Shown one piece after another: positions 38,628-49,225 of a stretch of 64,000 nt of DNA. The stretch is from Candidatus Hodarchaeota archaeon (GTDB taxonomy: Archaea; Asgardarchaeota; Lokiarchaeia; Sigyniarchaeales; SOKP01), in NCBI GenBank assembly GCA_048886685.1, contig JBHLKM010000017.1, positions 1-64,000 on the forward strand, in the 5' to 3' direction. A program made the position numbers and the translations under genes. Numbering within the stretch: the stretch's first letter is position 1; every line of letters begins with the position of its first letter. The notes under the pieces are model-generated. The model saw only the letters and a list, made by a program, of their open reading frames with translations. It had not been told where the DNA came from and made no database searches.

Positions 38628-38921
38628 TTGATATTTGTCTATAAATTCAATGAAGACTTAGGAGAATTTAAGGAAATAAAAGTAAAAGAGAATGTCCCCT
38701 TGTTTGAATTATTAGATTCTAACAACCTCTTACTTTTTGTTGATGTTCATGGTGAGAAAGTGTGGGTATGGGAAGGTCAAAATACATCAACAAGGATGAA
38801 ATTTATTTCTGCTCAGGAAGCGCCAAAAATTCGAGATAAACACGACTTAGCATTTAGAATCTGTTCAGTTGATGACGGAGATGAGACTGCCGCCTTCAAA
38901 ATATTGGTGGGTCTTATCTGA
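38628..38921 (+). CDS. Single-domain gelsolin-family protein (Asgard type)
   Basis: LLDSNNLLLFVD...VWVWEGQNTSTRMKFISAQEA..IR...SVDDGDETAAFK matches the gelsolin repeat pattern (W.G..s...k...a; v.eG.E...F). Confidence 0.75.
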   Translation: MIFVYKFNEDLGEFKEIKVKENVPLFELLDSNNLLLFVDVHGEKVWVWEGQNTSTRMKFISAQEAPKIRDKHDLAFRICSVDDGDETAAFKILVGLI

Positions 38922-39034
38922 GTTAATTTTATAGGTTCTATTCTTATTTCAAAAATTTGTAGGGAGATTTAATATAAAACCCTTATTATATGAACCATAA
39001 GATAAGTTCATTAAATTGAAAATGGCAAAAAATT

Positions 39035-41191
39035 TTGAATTCTAAAAAAGATTCTGTTGAAGAGGAATACGTATTCGAATTCTATGATGAAGATTACAGT
39101 GAATCCTTGGAAACAGAGGAAACAAAAGTTATAGAAGAATATAACGATATAAATTTTAAGGAGGATTTAAACGAAGAGCAACTTGAAATAATTAACAACA
39201 TAAATGGACCAATGCTTGTAATTGCAGGTGCAGGTAGTGGTAAAACTAGAACAATTACTTATGCAGTTGCTAAATTATTATTATCGGGGGTAATTTCGAG
39301 TGAAATCATGCTGGTTACCTTTACTAATAAAGCCGCCAATGAAATGATCGAACGTGTAGAAACTCTTTTAGGCAAGCGACCGAAAGGGATCTGGGGTGGA
39401 ACATTTCATTCAATAGCCAATCGTTTTATCCGAATCTACGCAAAAACATTAGGCTTAAAGCCAAATTATACAATAATGGATGAAACTGATGCTAGAGCAT
39501 TAATGAAGCTTTCAATAGAGAAAGCTAATGTGAAAGAAATAGAAGAACGTTTTCCTAATTCTAGAATGGCAAAAGCTATTTTATCCTATTCTATTAATTG
39601 TAATAAAACAATCCAAGATGTAGTCCTTTGGAAATATTCCCAATATGATAGGGAAGATGTCATTAGAAAATTAGATGAAGTCTTTAATATCTATAGAAAG
39701 AAAAAAGCTCAAGATAATCTAGTTGACTTCGATGATCTCTTAATATACTGGAATCAGTTGTTAGATGAGAGAGCAGTTGCTCAGCTGATTGCACAGAAGA
39801 TTAGATACGTCCTTGTTGATGAGTATCAAGATACTAATTATATCCAAGATGAAATCATATATAAAATAGTAAAGCAAAACCCAGATCATAATGTAATAGC
39901 AGTTGGAGATGATGCTCAAAGTATATATGCCTTTCGCGGAGCTAATTTTGAAAACATTTTACATTTTGAAAAAAAATATGAAAATTGTAAGAAATATACT
40001 ATAACCTATAACTATAGAAGTGTTCCACAGATTTTAGCTTTAGCAAATAATTCAATTCAACATAATATAAAGCAGTTTAAAAAATCTATGAGAACAACTC
40101 GTCCCGAAGGATTACATCCATTTCAAGTTAACTTAGGAGATGATAAAGAACAAGCATATTTTATTGCGAAACAAGTATTAAAATTACACTCAGAAGGATA
40201 TGAATTAAAAGATATGGCAATTCTTGTCCGTGCTGGTTTCCACACATTAAGAATAGAACTTGAACTAAAAGCAAAAAATATACCATATGAAGTACGAGCA
40301 GGAGTAGCGTTTTTTGAAAAAGCTCATATTAAAGATGTGATAGCACATCTGCGAATAATTGAGAATTCATATGATGAAATTTCATGGTCTCGAATTTTTG
40401 CCATCATTCAAGGGATAGGCCCCACATCAGGGATTAAAATATTTGAAAGGATTTCTAAAACGGAGTCTCCTCTTGATGCTTTAGTTAATAAGATGTTCTA
40501 TGCTGAACAATTAAAAGGATCTAAAATCCCAAAAGAGGGTATAAAGAATACAATATCTTATGTAAAAAATCTTTTAGGATTTACTTCAGAGGATAGTCCT
40601 TCTGAAGTCATTAAACAATTAATGTTCATTTTAGAAGATTACATTAAATCAAAATATGATAACTGGCAAGATCGAATGGATGATTTAAATCAATTAAGCA
40701 TTTATGCAAATTATTTTCCAACTATTCGCAAATTTTTAGAAAATCTGAGTTTGAACTTATCAAATATAGAATCTAAAACAGTTTTAGCTGGAAGTACGAT
40801 GGAAGAAGAAAAACCCCTAATTTTATCTACTATTCACCGAGCAAAAGGACTTGAATGGAGAGTAATATTCATACCAATGTTATGTGAAGATTTATTTCCT
40901 TCTTCTAGAGTAAAGGGAGATCCTGAAGGTTTTGAGGAGGAGCGTCGTGTATTCTATGTAGCTGTTACAAGAACTAAAGATCAATTATATTTGATATCCC
41001 CATCTTTAGTTCAAGGTTCTAAAGGATATCAAACTCTAAGAATCTCACCTTTTATCTCAGAGTTGAACCCAAAAGTCTATAAAAAATCATCGGTACAAAT
41101 CACATCAAAGAGAAAAGCTAAGAGAGCAGATTCAAGTAAAAGGGGAAAATCCCTCTTTCAAACAGCAGATGAATTGTTAAAAAAGGATTAA
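39035..41191 (+). CDS. UvrD/PcrA/Rep family SF1 DNA helicase
   Basis: LVIAGAGSGKT, TFTNKAA, VDEYQDTN, VGDDAQSIYAFRGA, NYRS, STIHRAKGLEW, EERRVFYVAVTR. Confidence 0.96.
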   Translation: MNSKKDSVEEEYVFEFYDEDYSESLETEETKVIEEYNDINFKEDLNEEQLEIINNINGPMLVIAGAGSGKTRTITYAVAKLLLSGVISSEIMLVTFTNKAANEMIERVETLLGKRPKGIWGGTFHSIANRFIRIYAKTLGLKPNYTIMDETDARALMKLSIEKANVKEIEERFPNSRMAKAILSYSINCNKTIQDVVLWKYSQYDREDVIRKLDEVFNIYRKKKAQDNLVDFDDLLIYWNQLLDERAVAQLIAQKIRYVLVDEYQDTNYIQDEIIYKIVKQNPDHNVIAVGDDAQSIYAFRGANFENILHFEKKYENCKKYTITYNYRSVPQILALANNSIQHNIKQFKKSMRTTRPEGLHPFQVNLGDDKEQAYFIAKQVLKLHSEGYELKDMAILVRAGFHTLRIELELKAKNIPYEVRAGVAFFEKAHIKDVIAHLRIIENSYDEISWSRIFAIIQGIGPTSGIKIFERISKTESPLDALVNKMFYAEQLKGSKIPKEGIKNTISYVKNLLGFTSEDSPSEVIKQLMFILEDYIKSKYDNWQDRMDDLNQLSIYANYFPTIRKFLENLSLNLSNIESKTVLAGSTMEEEKPLILSTIHRAKGLEWRVIFIPMLCEDLFPSSRVKGDPEGFEEERRVFYVAVTRTKDQLYLISPSLVQGSKGYQTLRISPFISELNPKVYKKSSVQITSKRKAKRADSSKRGKSLFQTADELLKKD

Positions 41192-41256
41192 TTACAGATA
41201 CAAAATAGAATAACACAATAAATTAAATCTATATTATTTATAATTGGTGATATTAT

Positions 41257-42045
41257 ATGAAATTAAGATGGTTATTAACAGCTGCGTTTGAAATATTGAC
41301 TGGCAAGTATAGAATCTTAATAGACCCATGGATTTCAAGGCCTTCAGATGCAGATCCACAATTAAGAACTAAAATAAGTGATATAAGAGGTTTTGATGCT
41401 ATTTTTCTCTCTCATGGTCATTTTGATCATGCCTTTGATGTACCTGAAATCGTTAAAAACACAGAAACAAAGATTTATTGTTCCAAACAGGTTAGAGATC
41501 TATTTCTAAAAGAACTTGACTTGGATCAAAAAAATCTTGTAGAAATTAAACCCTCTCAAGTTATCGAATTTTCCCCAGATCTCAATGTAAAAGTAATTAG
41601 AAGCCAACATATTCAATTTGATGATTTTGTTATGAAAAGAATTGAGCTGCTCCGCTCTGCTAATCTAATAGAAACTTATGGCCACGATTTTGCTGAGCTA
41701 AATAAATATATTGCGGGAGATGTATTTGGATTCCTAATGGATTTTTCAAATGGTAAAAGACTAGTGCATTTTGGAAGTGGTGGATATTTTGAGGAAGAAC
41801 TAAGAAAATTGCCTAAAGATATTGATATCTTCCTTGCTCCTGTTGCTGGAAGAGGTGATGTTGATAAGGTTATTGCAAAGATGGCAAATATTTTCAAACC
41901 CAAAATGATCATTCCACATCATTATGATGATTTTTTTCCTCCGCTTACATGGAATTCTTATTCTAATTTTGATGAAGAAGTTAAGAAATTAGATCCAAAT
42001 ATGGTTGTAAATAAATTGGGGCATGAAACTTATTACGATTTTTAA
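41257..42045 (+). CDS. MBL-fold metallo-hydrolase (UPF0173-like)
   Basis: ILIDPW, SHGHFDH, IPHHYD. Confidence 0.88.
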   Translation: MKLRWLLTAAFEILTGKYRILIDPWISRPSDADPQLRTKISDIRGFDAIFLSHGHFDHAFDVPEIVKNTETKIYCSKQVRDLFLKELDLDQKNLVEIKPSQVIEFSPDLNVKVIRSQHIQFDDFVMKRIELLRSANLIETYGHDFAELNKYIAGDVFGFLMDFSNGKRLVHFGSGGYFEEELRKLPKDIDIFLAPVAGRGDVDKVIAKMANIFKPKMIIPHHYDDFFPPLTWNSYSNFDEEVKKLDPNMVVNKLGHETYYDF

Positions 42046-42105
42046 TCTATTCTATTTTTTTCAAAGTAAATTTCGAGATATTGATATGAATAAATCTAAT
42101 TAATT

Positions 42106-44193
42106 TCATATAACTTCTTTCGTGACTCTGGTTATGTGGTTTTCCTTTTTAAAATTAAATATATCGGTTACAAAAGAATCAAGATTCCTCTCATGAGATA
42201 TTATTATCATTTGAGAAGTATTTAATTTCTCAAAAATGGGTTGCATTCGATTAATTTGTTGTTGGCTGAAACCATCAGTAGGTTCGTCTAGGATCAACAA
42301 ATCCTTGGTTTTAACTTCTTGATATCGCTCATTAATAATTTTATTTAAAGCTAATCGATAGGCTAAAGAAAGTGCACTTTTTTCTCCTCCAGATAGATCT
42401 TTAAAAGGGGATTCATAACCGTTAACATATACAATAGGTTGAAAGTCGTCAGTTCTGATTTCAACTTCAATATTTTTATCTTCTACTAATTCATGGAACC
42501 ATTCTTTGAAATAAGAATTAAAGTGGTGAGCACTTGAAGCGAGAATTTTTTTTTCAATATCTCTGATCAAAATAGGGAATTGTTCACTAACCCAGTTTTT
42601 TAATTGAGAATAGTAAGTTAAATCATCTTGTAGTGATTTTTTTAACTGAATATTAGATTTCAATTCCAACAATTCTTTCTGTAGATACTCAAGACTCTTT
42701 TTTTGGGCACTTAGCTCATTTCCAGATGATTCTTTACTTGAATTCAGTTTGTTTAGGAACTCTTTTTTTGTATTTAGTTTAGCTTTTATTTTTTCCCCAT
42801 AATTCTTGAATTTAAGTAAGTCAGAAATTTTATATTCTGATAATATTATCATTATCTCTTTCTGATTACTAGTTATTTTCTCAAAAAATTCTGTTATTAG
42901 AGTATTTAGGTCCGCTTCTCTCTTCATCTTTTCCGAAATTAGGTTATTTAATGCATCCCTTTTATTTTTAACTCTTTGGGATTCGCGTAAAACTTTTAGT
43001 GAATTCTTTAGTTCATTGATTTTTTGAGTTAAATCATCTATCTCATTTGAAATCCTACTTAAGTTTAATGTTGCGTCATTATATTCTTTTTCAAATCTGT
43101 CTTTTTCATGAATTGCTTGTCCACATAAAGAACACTTACCTTTTTTTAATAACTTATCAACATCTGCCAAAACTTTTTTTATTACAGCTATTTCATTTTC
43201 TTTTTGCGATTTTAAATTTTGTGTCTTTTCTAATTGATTTTCCAATTCATCTTCGCTGAGTTCTGTTTTAACCTTAATTTCTTTTAAATTTTTCAGCTCT
43301 TCTTCTTTTCCAGCTATTTCTTTTTGAATCTTATTCAGAGCTGACTTATTTTTATTCTGTTTCTCTTTGTATTCAATGATATTAGACTCTTTGTTTTCAA
43401 TTTGCACTAATTTCTTAGAATAAATATCTAAATTTTTTTGGATATCCCCAATTAATTTTTCTTGAGAACTTATTTCATTCTGTGTTTTTTCAATTTCAGA
43501 TTCAATATTTTTAATTTGTTGTTTTGTATCTTCTAGTTCTTCTCCTTTTTGAACTATATCATCTTCAGGTTCCCCAATCTGCTTAATCTTAATCTTAAAT
43601 TCTTTAAATTTGTCATTTAAGTAATCTTTAATTATATCTATATTCCTTAACGCAATCTCATATTTTTCAATACCAAAAACTTCTTTTAATATTTCAAAAC
43701 GATCATCAGGATCTGATTGAATGATTTCTTTTATCTGTTCTTGAGGAGTATAGACTGTATACCTAAATAATGGTAATTTTGTCGCTTTTTCATAACGAGA
43801 AACAGAATATGAGAGTAAAGACAGTATTTTCCTGCGCATATCTGTAGGAGCATAGGAAATTTCTGTTCCATTATCATGATCAGTGAATAAACATTCTTTT
43901 TGAGAAACCCTTCCTTTTCGATCTTTTGATAAACTCCTTTTAATTGAATATTTCTTCCCGTCGATCGAAAACATTAAACGAACTGAAGCTGAGTTTCTTC
44001 CTCTCCTTAAAAGAGAATCGCCGCTTAAATCTCCATGAATTAATGTTCCAAATAGAGCAAATTCTATAGATTTTAATACTGAAGACTTCCCACTACCTAC
44101 ATCTCCAAAAAATAACATTGTAGAAGAGGGAAATTCTATCTCTTGGCTTCTAATGCTTCGAATATTTGTTATTTCAATTGATTCTAGTATCAT
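42106..44193 (-). CDS. rad50: DNA double-strand break repair ATPase Rad50
   Basis: Walker A GDVGSGKS, coiled coils, CSLC zinc hook, LSGGE, ILDEPT, IISH. Confidence 0.93.
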   Translation of the reverse strand: MILESIEITNIRSIRSQEIEFPSSTMLFFGDVGSGKSSVLKSIEFALFGTLIHGDLSGDSLLRRGRNSASVRLMFSIDGKKYSIKRSLSKDRKGRVSQKECLFTDHDNGTEISYAPTDMRRKILSLLSYSVSRYEKATKLPLFRYTVYTPQEQIKEIIQSDPDDRFEILKEVFGIEKYEIALRNIDIIKDYLNDKFKEFKIKIKQIGEPEDDIVQKGEELEDTKQQIKNIESEIEKTQNEISSQEKLIGDIQKNLDIYSKKLVQIENKESNIIEYKEKQNKNKSALNKIQKEIAGKEEELKNLKEIKVKTELSEDELENQLEKTQNLKSQKENEIAVIKKVLADVDKLLKKGKCSLCGQAIHEKDRFEKEYNDATLNLSRISNEIDDLTQKINELKNSLKVLRESQRVKNKRDALNNLISEKMKREADLNTLITEFFEKITSNQKEIMIILSEYKISDLLKFKNYGEKIKAKLNTKKEFLNKLNSSKESSGNELSAQKKSLEYLQKELLELKSNIQLKKSLQDDLTYYSQLKNWVSEQFPILIRDIEKKILASSAHHFNSYFKEWFHELVEDKNIEVEIRTDDFQPIVYVNGYESPFKDLSGGEKSALSLAYRLALNKIINERYQEVKTKDLLILDEPTDGFSQQQINRMQPIFEKLNTSQMIIISHERNLDSFVTDIFNFKKENHITRVTKEVI

Positions 44194-44213
44194 TGTTTGT
44201 AACCCTTAGATTC

Positions 44214-45488
44214 TTAAATTTCAAATATACTTAAAAAAGATTGTTTTAAAGATTCATTATAATTCATTACTTTTGTACCAATTTGTCTTTCTGTTCCAAG
44301 TGAACTTAAAAGCTGATATATTTTTTTTTCTATCTTAGTTGTTTCAAAGTCTTTAATTTTAATATTATTAGCATGTTCTTTTATTAAAGTTTCTTCAATT
44401 TCTTCATTAGACTCTCCCACAGAAACACTTATAGCTTGGTATTCTATTGTTGTGAGTGCATTTTTATTAATTAAAACTTCATAGGCTCCTTTTTCTTTAA
44501 AATTTTGAATGATTTCATCAATTTTTATATCATATGTTTTACCCGAAGATAAAGGGCCAAATAATCTGATTGTTACGATTTTATCTTGATAACCTCTATT
44601 AGATAATTCTTTTTTTAGTTTATTTAGAACTGCAGATACTGATTTATTTGTACAATCAAGATATATATTAACGATATCGATTACTTTGATTGGGTTGAAT
44701 TTAACTTTTAAATCTAGTTTTTCACCTTTCAGTTCACCCGACACTAAGCAAAAACCTCCATGAACAATTCTTTCAAGCTCTCTAAAATCAGTGGGGAAAA
44801 TACAACCTGGATAAATTATGTTATTTTTCTCACTGATTTGTATAGGATTCCCATCCATCTTTAATTTATCTGGAAGTGTTTTATGAAGATGACCTCCTGC
44901 ATAATAGTCAAAACTTTGAGGTAATAAAGATTTAGGAGCAGATTCCATATCTTTGAATTCTTTAGGTTTCAATTCATTTAGCATTGTATGTAGAATAAAG
45001 ATTTTCGGGCCTTTTTCAACTTCGAGAGATTCTCTATCTAAATTATGATAATCTTCTATTTCTAGGCTACGTTTTCTAGCCCTTAAACCTGTTAATTTAA
45101 TTTTAGTCTTTTGATCTTGGAATAAATTTAATTTTAATTTTCCTTCTTCTGTCATTTCTCCCTTGGATACATCTATAAATAGCCCTGCAGTGATTAAAGG
45201 TCTAATCATTGATTTATTTGAAGGGGAAAAATCATGAGAACCCATAATACCATAAACAGGTATTTCATTATCCTTTAGTTTTTTTAATTCTTGAGTTGCT
45301 AAATCTACTACTTCCACTTTTGGATTACTAACATCATATAAATCACCACTAATAATCACAAAATCTACTTCTTCATCAATGATATAATCTGTGGTTTTTT
45401 CAAACGCCTTATATCCTAGTTCATTCAATCTCTCATTTCGCCAAGCACCTAAATGAACATCTGAAATATGAGCAAATTTAACTTTCAT
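44214..45488 (-). CDS. mre11: DNA double-strand break repair nuclease Mre11
   Basis: SDVHLG, SGDLYD, GSHD, GGHLH, YPG phosphoesterase motifs; adjacent to rad50. Confidence 0.93.
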   Translation of the reverse strand: MKVKFAHISDVHLGAWRNERLNELGYKAFEKTTDYIIDEEVDFVIISGDLYDVSNPKVEVVDLATQELKKLKDNEIPVYGIMGSHDFSPSNKSMIRPLITAGLFIDVSKGEMTEEGKLKLNLFQDQKTKIKLTGLRARKRSLEIEDYHNLDRESLEVEKGPKIFILHTMLNELKPKEFKDMESAPKSLLPQSFDYYAGGHLHKTLPDKLKMDGNPIQISEKNNIIYPGCIFPTDFRELERIVHGGFCLVSGELKGEKLDLKVKFNPIKVIDIVNIYLDCTNKSVSAVLNKLKKELSNRGYQDKIVTIRLFGPLSSGKTYDIKIDEIIQNFKEKGAYEVLINKNALTTIEYQAISVSVGESNEEIEETLIKEHANNIKIKDFETTKIEKKIYQLLSSLGTERQIGTKVMNYNESLKQSFLSIFEI

Positions 45489-45518
45489 AATTACATTTTT
45501 TTTTGAATATTTATTATC

Positions 45519-47096
45519 TTAAAATCCTGGAGATGTTTTTTTTATTTTTTTTTCGGTTTTAATTTTATCTTTTTGACCCTCTAATAAAACCTCGTAAAAA
45601 GGTATCTTAATTGGAACTGCGAATTTAGTAAAATTTGATGTAACAATTGCTTCACCAATGTCTAAACTTGCAATTGTTTGGCTATCATCCGCAAGATCTT
45701 GAGCAGAGCTTTCTATTAGGGTCCGTCTTTCCGGACCCATCTCATTTCCTAGTATTATTTTTGTATTCATATTCGCTAGGATTTCTCTATCAATTAAGCT
45801 TGGTAATTGGGTAATTCCAATTAAACCAATATTAAACTTTCTACCCTCTCTTGCTATTTTGCCAAAAACATTATCTCTCGTTTCTAATACTTTTTTCCCT
45901 ATTACTCTAGGAGCTTCTTCTAAAATAATTGTTATAACTGGTTTATTTTCTAATTCATCTATGAATTTAAATCTCTTATACTCATTAAATAAGTTTTCTA
46001 CAATGATTGTTGCAATGAAAATCTCCTGAGCACCTTCAAATAAAGATGTATCGACAATTACAGTTTTACCTTCAATCAAAGAGTTTACAATATTACTAAT
46101 AGTTGATTCATATCCACTCAATGTATATATACCTCTTTCCACAATGTCATTATTTTCGTCAAATCCAAAGTTTAATAAAATTGATAATCTTCTTCTGAGA
46201 ACGTCTAGAGTACCTTGTGCAAGCCCTCCAGGTCTCCCATAGGTATCAGTATCATCACTAAAAATCGCTTGAATCCAGTTTTCCCTATGTATTCGATAAA
46301 AACCTATTAAAGCTTCTATTTGAGGTTGAGTGAAATTAAGGCTCCCCATAGCATGTATGGGTTCTATTAGTTTAACATTGAATTTTAAATCCAATTTCCC
46401 GGGTATTGGCCTAATCGTATAAAAATCTATATATTTAGAACTTTCAGGATGTTCTTTTAATCCCTTTTGACTCACTGTCCCATAATATTCATTATGAGGA
46501 TCAAATACTAATTTCCCACAATTTTCATTTTCCATTAAATTAAAAAGAATTGTTTTTACTAGATTTGATTTACCTCTACCAGTAGTAGCTGGAATTAGGA
46601 TATGGTGTCTTAAAACATCTGTCGCCTCAAGTTTAACCTTAGTTTTTAGAACCTTAGAACCAGAACGAATTTTACCTAGATTTAATGGATTCTCGATATT
46701 TTCTTCCTTAAAAAATTCTAAATGGCTATCTTCTATTTCGAAAGTATCTGAAAAGAAGCTAGGTAGTCGTTTAGGTAGTAACAACTTATTTTCCTTAACA
46801 GATACTAATGGCCTAGCAAGAGCTAAAACATAATTTCGCAGTTCAGGTTCATATATTTTTAAATCAGACTTATCTCTCTCTAATCCATAACCCGCCATTA
46901 ATTCAAGAACATTATCCGGAATTTGACTACCATAAAATAAGTCTTTGATTTGATAAATACTATATTCTTTTCTATTCTTCCCAGCAATAAAAAGCTGACC
47001 TAGCTCAAATTCTTGATCTGATTTCTGTCTAAGTATTAATTTAACTAAGGAAGTGCCAGTAACAAAACTACCAATTTTTTTTCCTAAGTCTACCAT
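45519..47096 (-). CDS. herA: HerA helicase/translocase
   Basis: [39 protein letters not shown]; operon context. Confidence 0.92.
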   Translation of the reverse strand: MVDLGKKIGSFVTGTSLVKLILRQKSDQEFELGQLFIAGKNRKEYSIYQIKDLFYGSQIPDNVLELMAGYGLERDKSDLKIYEPELRNYVLALARPLVSVKENKLLLPKRLPSFFSDTFEIEDSHLEFFKEENIENPLNLGKIRSGSKVLKTKVKLEATDVLRHHILIPATTGRGKSNLVKTILFNLMENENCGKLVFDPHNEYYGTVSQKGLKEHPESSKYIDFYTIRPIPGKLDLKFNVKLIEPIHAMGSLNFTQPQIEALIGFYRIHRENWIQAIFSDDTDTYGRPGGLAQGTLDVLRRRLSILLNFGFDENNDIVERGIYTLSGYESTISNIVNSLIEGKTVIVDTSLFEGAQEIFIATIIVENLFNEYKRFKFIDELENKPVITIILEEAPRVIGKKVLETRDNVFGKIAREGRKFNIGLIGITQLPSLIDREILANMNTKIILGNEMGPERRTLIESSAQDLADDSQTIASLDIGEAIVTSNFTKFAVPIKIPFYEVLLEGQKDKIKTEKKIKKTSPGF

Positions 47097-47118
47097 TTTT
47101 TAAACCATAAACACTATA

Positions 47119-48255
47119 TCATCTTTTTATAATATTTAATAAATCATGTGCGTTCACTGAACGGAGACGTGGTAAGATATATTCATTATAATCCTCTTGA
47201 TTAAATTCTGCAATCAATTGAATCTTCTGAGGTTCAATTTCCTTAACACTTACAGCAGCAAGCTGATCCGCTTTGATGAGTCCATATGGGTATCCTGGAT
47301 AAGATAGATCATTAGAATTATTGGCAAGATTTGATATTATCATTTCACGCTGATCTTCAGACATTTCCTTCGCTTGATCCAATAAAATATCAAATCGGAA
47401 TGAATATTGTGAATTTTTATGTAATTTTACAAAATACAAATCAGCTTGTTCTTGTGCTTTTGTAATTCTATAGACTGGATGATAATACCATGCACTCTCT
47501 GGAAATTTTTGGTTACCCAAGTAATGAACTAATGAATTTAATGAATTTCCATTTTGAGTGAATAAACGACAAGTCTTGGAAAGCCCTGTAACTATTACTC
47601 CTTTTTTTCTTGCTGTTTGATATAAACTTTCAGCGATTTGATTCTCCCCAGTATAGCCAGATTGGAGTGAACCATCTCTTACAAAAATACAACCCTCATC
47701 TAATTCATTTGAAATAAATTTGTTTGCATATGTCCATTCAGCAAACCTCATAGCAATTCCCCCAAAAATATCTATATTGGGTAAACGGAATCCTCCTTCT
47801 CTTATAGAAGGATCATTTATTGAAAATTTCAATTCTTCTTTTGGAAGATATTCTAAAAATTCGGATTCCGTTGGAAAGAAGCGTGTAATAAATGCTAATG
47901 TATTATCGTCAAGAACATCAAGAATGGCAGCACTATAAAACTCTATTTTAACAGGTGTTTTAATAGGTTTAGTCCATCTATTTGAAGTAAATAAGACTCC
48001 AGCTACACGATTTAAACTTATATTAAAATCTGCGCTTCTTAGAATGGGACCATTTCCACCATCGACGAATCCTATGTTCTTAATATTTAAATCTTTACAT
48101 TTTGGAATTTCGAATATTTTATCTTCTTGAATCTCAAATGTCTCCTCTTCTGGATCAGACGAATAAGGTTCATCTTCTTTGGAGTATCCCAATTTTCGGC
48201 TTTCAATAAATTCGACGCATTCTTTCAACGGATTTTTTCTTTTTTCAGCACACAT
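47119..48255 (-). CDS. nurA: NurA nuclease
   Basis: FVDGG, VRDGSL, GLSKT, GYPYGLIKADQLA; operon context. Confidence 0.88.
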   Translation of the reverse strand: MCAEKRKNPLKECVEFIESRKLGYSKEDEPYSSDPEEETFEIQEDKIFEIPKCKDLNIKNIGFVDGGNGPILRSADFNISLNRVAGVLFTSNRWTKPIKTPVKIEFYSAAILDVLDDNTLAFITRFFPTESEFLEYLPKEELKFSINDPSIREGGFRLPNIDIFGGIAMRFAEWTYANKFISNELDEGCIFVRDGSLQSGYTGENQIAESLYQTARKKGVIVTGLSKTCRLFTQNGNSLNSLVHYLGNQKFPESAWYYHPVYRITKAQEQADLYFVKLHKNSQYSFRFDILLDQAKEMSEDQREMIISNLANNSNDLSYPGYPYGLIKADQLAAVSVKEIEPQKIQLIAEFNQEDYNEYILPRLRSVNAHDLLNIIKR

Positions 48256-48512
48256 GTTTGTAAATTCGATGCTAGTTTTTCATTATATATCTTTTTTATT
48301 AATAAATCATTTAGACTCAACAGATTTAACAGTTTTTAAGCAAATATTTAACTTTTTATTAATAGTTTATTCAATTCTCTCCTTTTAAATAAAAATTAAG
48401 ATCAAGGTATAGCATATAAGGATAATATTACTACCATATTTTCTGGTTAATTCCTACATTTAAAACTGAAAGAGACTTGTTTTTTATATAATAAAAAGGA
48501 AATTATATTAGT

Positions 48513-49187
48513 ATGGGAGAAAAGAAAAATCTGGATCTCTCGTTGATGAATTTCATTGAACCAGATCAAGCTAGCCATGATTATTTTATCAATAGAGAAT
48601 TTATCGATTCAATAAACTTTGAGCTAAAAGGATTTGAGTTCTTCTTCGAATTTATTGGTTTAGATGAGAGAACAAAAAAAGAATTGTATTGTGTCCTTTC
48701 TGAGGCAAGAAGACTTCCCGCCGCATTAGGTGGATTTCATGGGGATTATCCAGGTGGTCTTTTTGATCATATTTTGTTAGTTGTTAATTACACAAATTTC
48801 ATTTGTAGTACCTTAAAGGATAAATCATTGCTTAAAAAAGCAATCTTGACGGCTATATGCCATGATTTTGGGAAAGTTCAGTATTATGGATTTAAGCTTG
48901 ATTTAAATAATCGCAAAGTAAAAATTCATATCAACGACGCGAATACTGTTCGGTTGGAGCTCACTTCAAAATTTAAAGTAAGTGGAAGAGATAAACATGT
49001 GGAACATGGAATAGCGGTCATCAAGAAATATTTATCTAAGCATACACAGTTATTTGATGATGAAATGTATCAGGCGATTGCATTCCACCATGGAAGTTGG
49101 AGTAAATACCAACCACAGAAAATAAATGAATTAGCTTCCATTATTCATGTTGCTGATATGATTGCAAGTCAGGTTTTTAAAATTTAA
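48513..49187 (+). CDS. HD-domain phosphohydrolase (YhaM-like HD core, no OB domain)
   Basis: FHGDYPGGLFDH, ICHDFGK, HVEHG, AFHHG, IIHVADMIAS. Confidence 0.85.
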   Translation: MGEKKNLDLSLMNFIEPDQASHDYFINREFIDSINFELKGFEFFFEFIGLDERTKKELYCVLSEARRLPAALGGFHGDYPGGLFDHILLVVNYTNFICSTLKDKSLLKKAILTAICHDFGKVQYYGFKLDLNNRKVKIHINDANTVRLELTSKFKVSGRDKHVEHGIAVIKKYLSKHTQLFDDEMYQAIAFHHGSWSKYQPQKINELASIIHVADMIASQVFKI

Positions 49188-49225
49188 AGATATTGACATA
49201 AAATAATGTAAAGGTACTGATTTTA

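Noticed and set aside
45519-48255. HerA as part of an anti-phage SIR2-HerA or nuclease-HerA system
   Set aside because: It lies in the nurA/mre11/rad50 repair operon, and the SIR2 gene is more than 43 kb away.
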